DNA of 64,000 nucleotides from Pirellulales bacterium. Its GTDB lineage: Bacteria; Planctomycetota; Planctomycetia; Pirellulales; JAICIG01. Below, in pieces: positions 19,701-28,700 of the stretch (its first letter is position 1; the number at the start of each line of letters is the position of its first letter). Under the pieces are notes generated by a model. The model saw only the letters and a list, made by a program, of their open reading frames with translations, searched no databases and was not told the DNA's origin. A program made the translations under genes and the position numbers. The stretch covers positions 32,001 to 96,000 of the forward strand of contig JBBDYJ010000035.1 of assembly GCA_040901675.1 (NCBI GenBank). The letters run 5' to 3'.

Positions 19701-20763
19701 CGAGGCCGGCTACCGGTCGCTGGTCGAGGCGTTGGTCAGGGCGGCCGGGCCTCAGCCGGCTGCCGGCGACAGCGAAGACGTTGCCGCCGTCTCGGATGCC
19801 GAATTGATCGAATGCCTGGAACGGCTGACCGAGTCGCTGCTCCGGCATTGGCTGGCGCACAGCCGGTCGTTGCGTTTATCGGTGCTGGAAAAAGTGGCCG
19901 ACTCGGATCGCTGGCAGGAACTGAAGGATTTCATCGAGCGTTACGGCGGCGACCTGTTCACGGTGAAGTTCTGCAACCTCGACAACCTGCGAGCGATCCT
20001 GCACCAGGGAGTCGACCGCTGGTTAGGCCGCCTTGAAGAGCGCGACGACGAACCGGGCAGGCCCGCTCTGTTGGACGACCTCGACCGCGGCATCCCCCGC
20101 CAGACCGCCGTCGAGCGGCTGACGCTGGCCATCGAAGCCCTGGCGCAGAACCACCCCGAGTTCAGGGACTACAAGACCTCCACGACGCAGTCGGACCGCG
20201 GCGAGTCGCTGTACATTCTGCTCGACTTCTTGCGACTCAAGGCGAGTTACGACCGCTTCGCCTGGAACGTCAGGCCGCTGCTCATCGCCCATGAAATCCT
20301 GGTGCGGCACGGACGCATGTCGGCCGCGGACCGTTGGCGGCAGGCCACCGCCGACCGGACCGCCAAGGTGGCCGATTGGCATGAGAAACGCCTGGCCGAG
20401 CTCAGCCGGCAGTACGGCCTGCGGCTGCCGGCCGTCGCCGACCGGATCGGCGAACGATTCGCGCGGCCGCTGGCCATCGATCGCGTGCGGGCCTTGATCG
20501 CCCCGGCGATCGACGACGCCCGCCAGGCGTGCCCCGGCGTCTCTTTCGACTTGCTGGAGCAATACTTGGCCGAGTTCATCGCCAACCCTTCCGGCTCCGG
20601 GCTCGACGTGCCCGCCTGGCTCTTGGCTCTCGAAGACGAAGCCGACCATCTCAGCAATGCCCGCCGCAGGCTCGGCCGGCCCGCCGACGCCGACCCCGCC
20701 GTTCCCCTGCTGCCGGTGACCTGGCATGAGGTCGTGGCCCGGATCAAACCGATCGAGGCCTAG
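16795..20763 (+). CDS. Large (~1320 aa) hypothetical, largely helical protein
   Basis: Long uninterrupted ORF with normal composition and GGAG before ATG 16795; no domain recognised. Confidence 0.85.
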   Translation: [1322 protein letters not shown]

Positions 20764-20772
20764 ACGATCCCG

Positions 20773-21717
20773 ATGACTGCCCACCAGCGAGTCGTCTACT
20801 TCAATGGCCGCTTCGTAAGCGAAGCCGAAGCCCGCCTCTCGATCTACGACTCGGCCCTCACGCTGGGCGAAATGGCTTTCGAAGTCACCCGCACCTGTGG
20901 GCACCAACCCTTCCGCCTCCGCGAGCACCTCGAACGGCTGTTTCACAGCATGTCCGTGATGCGGATCGAGCCGATGCTGTCGATCGACGAACTGCAGGAC
21001 TTGACGCTCGAAACGCTCAGGCTCAACCTGCAAAGCGAACCGGCCGACGTCGATTGGAACATCATCCATAATGTGTCGCCCGGCCCATCGGCCGCGTTCC
21101 GAGAGGCATTTTCCCACGAGGAGATCCGCCCCACCGTCGTCATCAGTTGCTTTCCGCTGGAGGTTCGCCTCGCTGCCCTGGCGCCGGCCTACGACAGGGG
21201 TCTCGACCTGGTCGTGCCGCCCCAGCGCTCGTTGCCGGGCGAGCTTCTCGATTCCTCGATCAAAACCCGCAGCCGGCTGCACTACCAACTGGCCAACCTC
21301 CAGGCGCACGAAAAGAGTCCGGGCGCGACGGCCGTGCTCGTCGACTCCGACGGTCATCTCACCGAGGGCACCAGCGGCAACGTCTTTCTGGTCCAGGCCG
21401 GCCGGCTCTTGACCCCCTGTCCCCGCAACCTGTTGCCCGGTGTCACGCGCCACGTCGTGTTGGAGTTGGCCGACCGGCTCGGCATCCCCAGCGGCGAGCG
21501 CGACCTGACCTCCGCCGATGCAGCCGCTGCCGATGAGATCTTTCTGACCTCGACCAGCATCGGCCTCCTGCACGGCCGCACCTGGGAAGGCCGACTCATC
21601 CGGGATGGCCGTCTCGGCCCCCTCACCGCCCGTCTTCGCGCCGCTTTTCACGCCGAAGTTCGTCTCGACCTTGCCGCCCAGGCCCGCCTCTACGCCAGCC
21701 GCCGCACCGCCTCGTAG
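20773..21717 (+). CDS. PLP-dependent aminotransferase class IV (IlvE/PabC/D-amino acid aminotransferase-like)
   Basis: FRLREHLERL, IKTRS (catalytic Lys), EGTSGNVF, LLPGVTR, EIFLTST. Confidence 0.92.
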   Translation: MTAHQRVVYFNGRFVSEAEARLSIYDSALTLGEMAFEVTRTCGHQPFRLREHLERLFHSMSVMRIEPMLSIDELQDLTLETLRLNLQSEPADVDWNIIHNVSPGPSAAFREAFSHEEIRPTVVISCFPLEVRLAALAPAYDRGLDLVVPPQRSLPGELLDSSIKTRSRLHYQLANLQAHEKSPGATAVLVDSDGHLTEGTSGNVFLVQAGRLLTPCPRNLLPGVTRHVVLELADRLGIPSGERDLTSADAAAADEIFLTSTSIGLLHGRTWEGRLIRDGRLGPLTARLRAAFHAEVRLDLAAQARLYASRRTAS

Positions 21718-21785
21718 TAGCCGAATTCGCCAGAATTCGGGCCATCGGCCGCCCCGTAGTAGCCGAATTCGCCAGAATTCGGGCC
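21713..21785 (+). repeat. GTAG-type REP doublet, family B
   Basis: Two identical 31-bp copies of CGTAGTAGCCGAATTCGCCAGAATTCGGGCC (21713-21743, 21755-21785), each with a CCGAATTC/GAATTCGG stem. Confidence 0.85.
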
Positions 21786-21873
21786 CCGCCCGCTCGACCA
21801 TGAACTCTGGCGTCGGCACGCGAATTGCTCGCTCTCTCCCGTGGGGGCGCTTTCCTCTTGGAGACCCGTTGGC

Positions 21874-22659
21874 ATGAAAAAGACACGCCTCAAATACCCG
21901 CTGTTGGGAACTCTCGCCATCGCAACGCTCGTGTTCAATGGCTTGGCCTCGGCCCAGCCGGTCGATCCGGCGCCCAGTCCGCCGGCCGACGTCTTGGCCG
22001 ACGAGCCGGGGCCGGTGATCGCAGGCCGCGTGCAGGCGCTCTATTCCTACCAGGTCCAGCGAAACGGCGTCGTCTGGTCGCGGATGGCGGCCGAGGTCGC
22101 CGTCAACCATGTCGAGCGCGGCCCAGATCTCGAAGTGGGCGATCTGGCGTACGTGCGGTATTGGGTGGGCCGGCGGGGCAACCGCCGGCTCGGCCAGTTC
22201 CCGGTCCCGCGTCCGGGCGACACGGTGCGGGTGGTGCTTGCCCAGCGGCCAGACGGTGGCTTCGACGTGGCCAGCAGCGGATTCGAGATCCTCCGCGTTC
22301 GCGATCTCGCCCGCCCTGTATTGCCCGATCCTCCCGATCCCGAACCGGTTCCCCCCGAGCCTCGTCCGGCCGACCCGCTCCCGTCCGGCCCGGCCAACAC
22401 GATCCGGGGCAGCGTGGTTCTCTATGACGATCCGCAGTCAGGCGTCACCGTGGACCTGCTGGCCGCCGGTGGAGTCGTCCAGACGACCCGCACCGACGAG
22501 CGCGGCCGCTTCGTCTTCGACGGCGTGCCTGCCGGCGCGTACTCGGTGGCCGCCCAGGGGATCGTGAAGAACAAGATCCGCGAGTCGCCCGTGATGCCCA
22601 TCACCGTGCTGCCTTCGCCGACCGTCCCCACCGACGTCGTCGTCGGCCTGGAGCCATAG
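21874..22659 (+). CDS. Secreted hypothetical protein with a C-terminal carboxypeptidase-regulatory-like domain
   Basis: Signal peptide, Pro-rich linker, TRTDERGRFVFDGVPAGAYSV. Confidence 0.7.
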   Translation: MKKTRLKYPLLGTLAIATLVFNGLASAQPVDPAPSPPADVLADEPGPVIAGRVQALYSYQVQRNGVVWSRMAAEVAVNHVERGPDLEVGDLAYVRYWVGRRGNRRLGQFPVPRPGDTVRVVLAQRPDGGFDVASSGFEILRVRDLARPVLPDPPDPEPVPPEPRPADPLPSGPANTIRGSVVLYDDPQSGVTVDLLAAGGVVQTTRTDERGRFVFDGVPAGAYSVAAQGIVKNKIRESPVMPITVLPSPTVPTDVVVGLEP

Positions 22660-22662
22660 TTC

Positions 22663-22757
22663 GTAGTGACCCCATGGATGGGGTCCACACCGGCCTTGGC
22701 ACTTCGACCGTGGGCCGAGCGCCGAACGCCGTTTGTAGTGACCCCATTTATGGGGTC
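22663..22757 (+). repeat. GTAG-type REP doublet, family C
   Basis: GTAGTGACCCCATGGATGGGGTC (22663-22685) and GTAGTGACCCCATTTATGGGGTC (22735-22757). Confidence 0.8.
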
Positions 22758-22971
22758 CGCATCCGCCTCTCGCGCCAGCGTCCGCCCGCCTCATCACCTC
22801 ATCGGGTCTTGCCCCCAGGGCTGGCCGCAACATCCAAACGGGAAAAAACAGGCCGCTCCCTTGACTGAACGGTGTCGCGGACGATATTCCACCTTGGAAG
22901 TATGCCGTGTGACATAGGCCCTGGCCGAACGGGCGGCTGGCGGCCAGCGGGATCTCTTAAGAGGTAGGCCG

Positions 22972-23847
22972 ATGATCGTCGACGTTCACACGCACTGCTG
23001 GCCGTCGCCCGACTGCTTTTCGCCGTCGTTTCACGACGACGCGCGGCGCATGCGGGCGAACCCGGTCAACCTCGTCAGCCGGTACGAGGACTACCGTGCC
23101 GCAACCGCCGGCGAGGACGTCGTGGCCATTGTCTTTGGCGGAAAGGCCCGCTTGTCCGGTGTCTGGATCGACGACGCCGACGTGGCGGCCTACGTCGCCC
23201 GCGATCCCGAGCGGATGATCGGCTTCATGTCGCTCGACCCTACTCAGCCGGGCTGGGAAGACGAAATGCGCGACGGGCGGGAGCGGCTTGGCTTTCGCGG
23301 CATCAAGCTCTTGCCCATGTACGCCGGCTTCCATCCGCAGGACGAACGGCTCGATCCGCTCTGGCGTTATGCCGCCAAGCACAACCTGAGCGTTTTGCTC
23401 CATACCGGAACGACCTTCGTGGCCAAGGCCCCCCTCGAGTGCACCTTGCCCCGGCACCTCGATGCCGTTGCCCGGCGGTTCCCCGACGTGAAGATGATTC
23501 TGGCCCACCTCGGCCATCCCTACGAGGGGGAGACCGTCGCGGTGATCCGCAAGCACCCCAACGTCTACGCGGACGTGAGCGCCCTGTTCTACCGGCCTTG
23601 GCAGCTCTTCCACAGCTTGATGCTCGTGCACGAGTATCGGGTCTGGGACAAGCTGCTGTTCGGGACCGACTATCCCGTCACCACCGTGGCCGAGACGCTG
23701 GTGGGGCTGCGGGCCTTGTGCGACATCCGGATCGACCGCTTTTCGTTGCCCCGCGACCAGATCGACGAGCTGATCCACCGCGACGCGCTGGCCCTGTTGG
23801 GACTCTCCGATCCGCGACGAGCCAAGCTGGCCGAGGCCGGGCGATGA
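22972..23847 (+). CDS. Amidohydrolase family (Amidohydro_2) metallo-hydrolase
   Basis: IVDVHTH, GIKLLP, LLHTG, ILAHLGHP, LLFGTDYP. Confidence 0.92.
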   Translation: MIVDVHTHCWPSPDCFSPSFHDDARRMRANPVNLVSRYEDYRAATAGEDVVAIVFGGKARLSGVWIDDADVAAYVARDPERMIGFMSLDPTQPGWEDEMRDGRERLGFRGIKLLPMYAGFHPQDERLDPLWRYAAKHNLSVLLHTGTTFVAKAPLECTLPRHLDAVARRFPDVKMILAHLGHPYEGETVAVIRKHPNVYADVSALFYRPWQLFHSLMLVHEYRVWDKLLFGTDYPVTTVAETLVGLRALCDIRIDRFSLPRDQIDELIHRDALALLGLSDPRRAKLAEAGR

Positions 23848-24503
23848 CCGCCGCTGGGCTGAACGTTCTCTTCATCGGCAACAGCTTCACCGCGCGCAAC
23901 GACGTGCCCGGCCTGATCGAGCGGCTGGCGGCGGCGCGGGGCAAGAGCCTCCAGCACCGGCTGATCAGTGCCGGCGGCGCGTCGCTGCGGAATCACTGGA
24001 ACGCCGGCAAAGCACTGGCGGCGATCAAGGAGGGCGGTTACGACTGCGTCGTGCTCCAGGAGCAAAGCACGCTGCCGGTCAAGAACGCCAAGCGCATGCA
24101 CGAGAACGTCCGGCTCTTCGACGAAGCGATCAAGGCCGCCCGCGCTAAGACGGTCCTGTACATGACGTGGGCACGGCAGCACGCGCCTGAGTCCCAGCAA
24201 GCCATCACCGATGCCTACACCGAGGTGGGCCGCGAGCTGGGCGCCACGGTGGTTCCGGTCGGTCTGGCTTGGCAGAGTTTTCTGGGCGAGCACGACCAAC
24301 CCGTCCTGCACGACCGGGACCAGAGTCATCCGTCGCTCGCCGGGTCGTATCTTGCGGCGTGTGTTTTTCTGGCCGTGTTATTCAACGAGAGTCCCGTCGG
24401 GATTGACGGCCCGGTCGCCGGCTTGACCGAAAAGGACCTGGCGCTGTTGCAGAAGACCGCCTGGCAGGCAGCCAAGTCGATCGCGTTGGAAAGAAGCAAG
24501 TAG
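23844..24503 (+). CDS. SGNH/GDSL-like hydrolase
   Basis: LFIGNSFT, VVLQEQS, DQSHPS (DxxH); ATGA overlap with the upstream gene. Confidence 0.88.
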   Translation: MTAAGLNVLFIGNSFTARNDVPGLIERLAAARGKSLQHRLISAGGASLRNHWNAGKALAAIKEGGYDCVVLQEQSTLPVKNAKRMHENVRLFDEAIKAARAKTVLYMTWARQHAPESQQAITDAYTEVGRELGATVVPVGLAWQSFLGEHDQPVLHDRDQSHPSLAGSYLAACVFLAVLFNESPVGIDGPVAGLTEKDLALLQKTAWQAAKSIALERSK

Positions 24504-24679
24504 GCGGAGCAAGCAGGCGCACAGCCGCGCAAGTGCCGCGGCGGCGGGTGGCGTGGGCCAGGACACCTCTGCGGCCCGCCCGGCGACCTGCGCCCGCACG
24601 CCCGCCGCTCTCCACCGGCCGCCCCTTTTCCTCCAGCCCGATTGCCCGGATTCCCCTCCCCGGACCCAGCCCGCCGGCG

Positions 24680-24685
24680 TATAAT
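24680..24685 (+). promoter_or_regulatory. -10 box of the ssrA promoter
   Basis: Perfect TATAAT about 27 nt upstream of the mature tmRNA 5' end; no clear -35. Confidence 0.55.
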
Positions 24686-24712
24686 TTTGGAGTTGTCGCG
24701 CACGGCTTCCTT

Positions 24713-25075
24713 GGGGGCGAACTGGTTTCGACCGGACAGCTTGAAGCGCAGACGGCGTGCCGTGGTTGGTCAGTTGGCCACGTAAAAAGCTGACCGAATA
24801 TCTTCAATTGCCGAAGATACCTACGCTTTGGCTGCCTAGAGATAGGCATCCCCGGCTGCGGGCTTTCGTCGGAGAGGCCCAAAAGCCGGTCACCAATTCC
24901 GAATCGCCTCGGGTCACGGTCGGGCACGTCCGAGGCTAAACACTGTTCCCGGCTAGCCAGCCAGGCACCCCGTCGGTTGGGGGCCGGCCGGCGAAATGCG
25001 TAAATGATCCGGCTACGCACGTAGAAGTTTGCGTGGAAATGTATCGGGACGCGGGTTCGATTCCCGCCGCCTCCA
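24713..25075 (+). ncRNA. ssrA: tmRNA, one-piece; tag peptide (A)AEDTYALAA* at 24810-24839
   Basis: 5' GGGGGCG pairs with 3' CGCCTCC-A including the G3.U wobble; T-arm GCGGGTTCGATTCCCGC; tag ends YALAA; CCA not encoded. Confidence 0.96.
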
Positions 25076-25195
25076 CTCGACTCGTTCGCTGCGCTCACTC
25101 GCTCGTGGCAGGCCACCTGCCCTGAGTGAAGAAGCGCAGTTACTCAAAGGACGAGTCGAGTGTCCTGAGCGAACGAACGCAGTGAGTCGAAGGGC
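25074..25195. repeat. Long imperfect palindromic element abutting the tmRNA 3' end
   Basis: CACTCGACTCGT/ACGAGTCGAGTG 12-bp outer stem with inner CTGCGCT/AGCGCAG, TCACTC/GAGTGA and GGCAGG/CCTGCC stems; a second arm-like copy CCTGAGCGAACGAACGCAGTGAGTCGAAGGG follows. Confidence 0.75.
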
Positions 25196-25222
25196 TAAGC
25201 ACTTGAGCCGAAAGTTTGCGCA

Positions 25223-25525
25223 GTGTTCTTCGTGTACATTCTTCGATGTTCGGATGAGAGCCTCTACGTCGGACACTGTGCATCTCTCGAGAATCGCGTT
25301 GCCGTGCACAACGCCGGCCGAGGAGCGGCGTGGACCGCCATTCGGCGTCCGGTTGCGCTCGCCTACAGCGAATCGCATCAGACTGAGGCTGCTGCAATCA
25401 ATCGCGAATCGCAGATCAAACGCTGGAGCCGGGCGAAGAAGAAGGCCCTTGTCAGCAGCGATCTAAAACGGCTGAGGGAACTGAGCATGCGCCATGTCCG
25501 CCCAAAGCCAAGAAGGAGCGAGTAA
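25223..25525 (+). CDS. Small stand-alone GIY-YIG nuclease (UPF0213/YhbQ-like)
   Basis: FVYILRCSDESLYVG, RxxxHNAGRGA, RESQIKRWSRAKK. Confidence 0.9.
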   Translation: MFFVYILRCSDESLYVGHCASLENRVAVHNAGRGAAWTAIRRPVALAYSESHQTEAAAINRESQIKRWSRAKKKALVSSDLKRLRELSMRHVRPKPRRSE

Positions 25526-25652
25526 AGAGGGGCACCGGCCCACTGGTTCAGCCGTCATCAGAGGCACTGTCTGCAATATGATCTGAACTGGTTGAAGCGC
25601 CCGACGTGCGAGTGCGTTCCCTGTGCCGAGGACAGCACGTTGCACACGGTGC

Positions 25653-25697
25653 TACCCGACGCAGGCGGAAGCCATCAGGCGCGTCGCCGACGCCTAC
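25653..25697 (+). pseudogene. Remnant of a pyridine nucleotide-disulfide oxidoreductase (MerA/LpdA-like) C-terminus
   Basis: Reads YPTQAEAIRRVADAY, resembling the (H)PYPTxAE motif; nothing else of the gene is present. Confidence 0.5.
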
Positions 25698-25761
25698 ATG
25701 TTTGGAAACGCAACGACCGCTCGCCTCGCGCAACTCAGCCAGTCCGCCCGCGCGTCGGAGG

Positions 25762-28700
25762 TCAGGCCAGGCCATTCAGTTGCGCGGCGGCGTCCACGAG
25801 GTCCGGCGTCGTGAAGCCTTCTATGTACGTGCCGTAGACGGCGGCCAGCGCGGCGTGGCCTTCGGCGCGGCGGCCCTGTCGTTGCCAGAGGCGGGCCAGG
25901 CTCATCGTGGCCCGCAGTTCCCACCCCTTGCTCTGCTGGCGCCGGGCCGTCTCGATGGCCCTCTGGAAGCACTCCTCCGCAGCGGTCTGGTCGGGCGACT
26001 CGGCCAGCACCAGTTCGCCTTTGAGGCGGTGCAGATCGGCCTCCTGGAACCGGTCGTCGTTCTTCTCCGCGAACCCCAGCGCCTCGTCCAGCGCCTTCCG
26101 CGCGTCCCCGAACCTGCCGGCCTGTGTGTGGGCGTCGACGAGCATGGAGAGGTAGTGCGGAAGAGCCATCTCAGAACTGGTGGCCCGGTAGGCATCGAGA
26201 CCCTTGAGAAGCAGCGGCAGCGCCTCCTCCGGCCGGCCCTCGAGGACGATTGCGCCGGCCTTGTAGAGCAGGCCCATGGCGTGCCACCACGCAAAACCCT
26301 GTTCGGCCGCAATGCGGATCTGATCCTCAGCGCAGGCCCGGAGCTCTGCCCCAAGCCGGCAATGGTGGAGCACCCAACCCAAGCAGTGCAGAGCAAAGCC
26401 GAGGGAGAACGGGTGGGCGAGTTGGTGGCTCAGCTCACGCGCCTCCCGGGCGAAGTTTTGCGCCCGGTCCGGGTAGCCCAGGTGCCACAGCGCCGCTGCC
26501 AGGTTTCCGTGGGAGGTGACGGCGGCATACTGACCGGTGATGCCGGCCCAAGACCGCGACTGCTCGCTGTCCACGTCTATGGTCAGGGCCGTTTCCAAAC
26601 TCGCGCGGGTGCCGGCGAAATCCGCACGAAAGACGCGCGTCGCTCCCGACATCCACAGTGCTTCCCTCCGCATGCCGGGGTCGTTGAGACGCTCGGCAAA
26701 CTCCAGCGCCTCGGCGGACTGGTCCATGCACAGCCTGAAGTCTGCGCGAACCATGTTGTGGATCCAGGTGCCCCATCGGATCGCGAATCGCTGCTTCGGC
26801 TTCCCAACGCGCTCACACAGCTCGCGCGCCCGGCGGAAGACCGGGCCGACTTCGGGCGCGGCATACCCGCGCGACGCGAGGTACGCGGTGCCCAGCGGAT
26901 TGAGGAACTGCAACTCCAGGGCGTCGCGCTCGGGCGACTCCGCCAAGGCGCCGACGAGCGAGAGCCCTTTCGTCAGATGGCCAATCGCTTCCGCGTTTGC
27001 CGACCGCTGCTGCGACCGCCGCCCCGCCTTCAGCCAGTAGTCGATTCCCTTCTCGGTCAGGCCCGCCTCGGTGAAGTGGTGGGCGAGCAGCTCCGGCTGT
27101 GTCTCGACGGTTTGCGGGAACCGCGCCTCCAGCACCTCGGCGATCCGCCGGTGGAACTGCTGGCGCTTGGCTTTGACCAGCGCGTTGTACAGCGCGTCTT
27201 CCAGGAGGGCGTGCTTGAAGATGTAGGTACAGCGGGGCGGCCGGCCCTTGGGGTACAGGATCTCCGCCTGAACCAGCTTGGCCAGTTCGCCGTCTAAGGC
27301 CTTCTCGTCCAGGGTCGCGACGGCGGCCAGGAGCTCGTAACTCAACTCGCGGCCGAGCGTCGCGGCCAACTGGGCCACCTCCCGGTCGCCCTCCATTCGG
27401 TCTAGGCGGGCCATGACCAGGTCCTGGAGCGTGGCGGGGATCGCGTGCGCGAGCAGGGGCTGGGTGCTTGGGCTGTCCTCGCCCGCCTGGCCCAGCGCGC
27501 CCGACTCCTGCACCAGCTGGGTGAACTCTTCGACGAACAGCGGCACGCCGCCGGTCCGGTCGTACACCCGCTCGACCAGCGCCTCCGGCACCGCCGCCCC
27601 CGTCTTCTGCCGCATCAGGTCGCCGACCTGGCGCCGCGTCAGTCGGTTCAGGGCCAGGCTGGTCTGGTGGGCGACGGCCGGCCACGGCGTCTTGAACTCG
27701 GGGCGGAACGTGAGCACCGTGAGGATGGAGTCGTGCAGGCCCTCGGCCAGGAACTGCCCCAGGAACTCTAACGTGGACGCGTCCACCCAGTGCAAGTCCT
27801 CGACCACGAACAGCACCGGCCTGCGGGCGGCGCGGGTGTGCAGCCACTCCAGCAGGGCCCGGAACGTCTCTTCCCGCTGCCGAACCGGCGACAGCGCCAG
27901 CGGCGGGAAGCGGTCCGGGGTCGGCAGCGACAAGAGCGCCGCCCACAGCGGCACCGTCTCCGGCCGGGCCAAGCCATACTGCTCCAGGCGATGGAGCAGC
28001 CGGTCGAACCGCACCGGCGGCGGTTCCTCGCGGCCGAAGGCCAGGGCCCGCTCGTAGAAGTCGATGGCCGGGTACAGCCCCGTGTTCTGAAAATGCGGCG
28101 AACAGCGCCACTCAATGACCGGCGCGTCCACCTCCCCTTCGACCATCTGTCCCAGAACGTGCTGCTTCATCGTGTAGACCAGGCGCGATTTGCCCAGGCC
28201 CGGCTCGCCGATGAGCAAGACGACCTGCCCCATGCCCTCCTGAGCCTGCTCCCAGCGGTCCTTTAGCAGGCTGACCTCGTGGTCGCGGCCGGTCAGCGGC
28301 GTCAGCCCCGCCGGCCCCGCCGCCTCGACGGCGTTGCGGGCCTCGCCCAGTCCCTGCACGTGGAAGAGTTCGACGGGCTGCGCCACCCCCTTGATCTTCC
28401 CGCGGCCGAGGCTGGCGCAGGTGAACTGGCCCCGGATCAGCCGGTGGGTGGCTTCGCTGCAAATGACCTGACCGGGCGCGGCGGCATCCTCCAGCCGGAC
28501 GGCCACGTTCCGCGCCTCCCCCACCAACGACACGCCGTCCTCCCCCGCCTCCACGACGGCCTGCCCGGTGTGGAGGCCGACCCACGGGTCCAGCTCCAGC
28601 TTGTGTTCGCGGCGGAGCGGCTCCCCGAGTGCCTTCACGTCCGCGAGGATGCCGAGGCCAGCCTGTGCGGCGCGGCGTGCGCCGTCCTCGTACGCCACCG

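Noticed and set aside
21713..21785. Direct repeats as a mini CRISPR array
   Set aside because: Only two copies, an 11-nt spacer, GTAG-REP architecture and no cas genes in the window
24382..25116. 244-aa minus-strand ORF
   Set aside because: Antisense to tmRNA; no protein-like features
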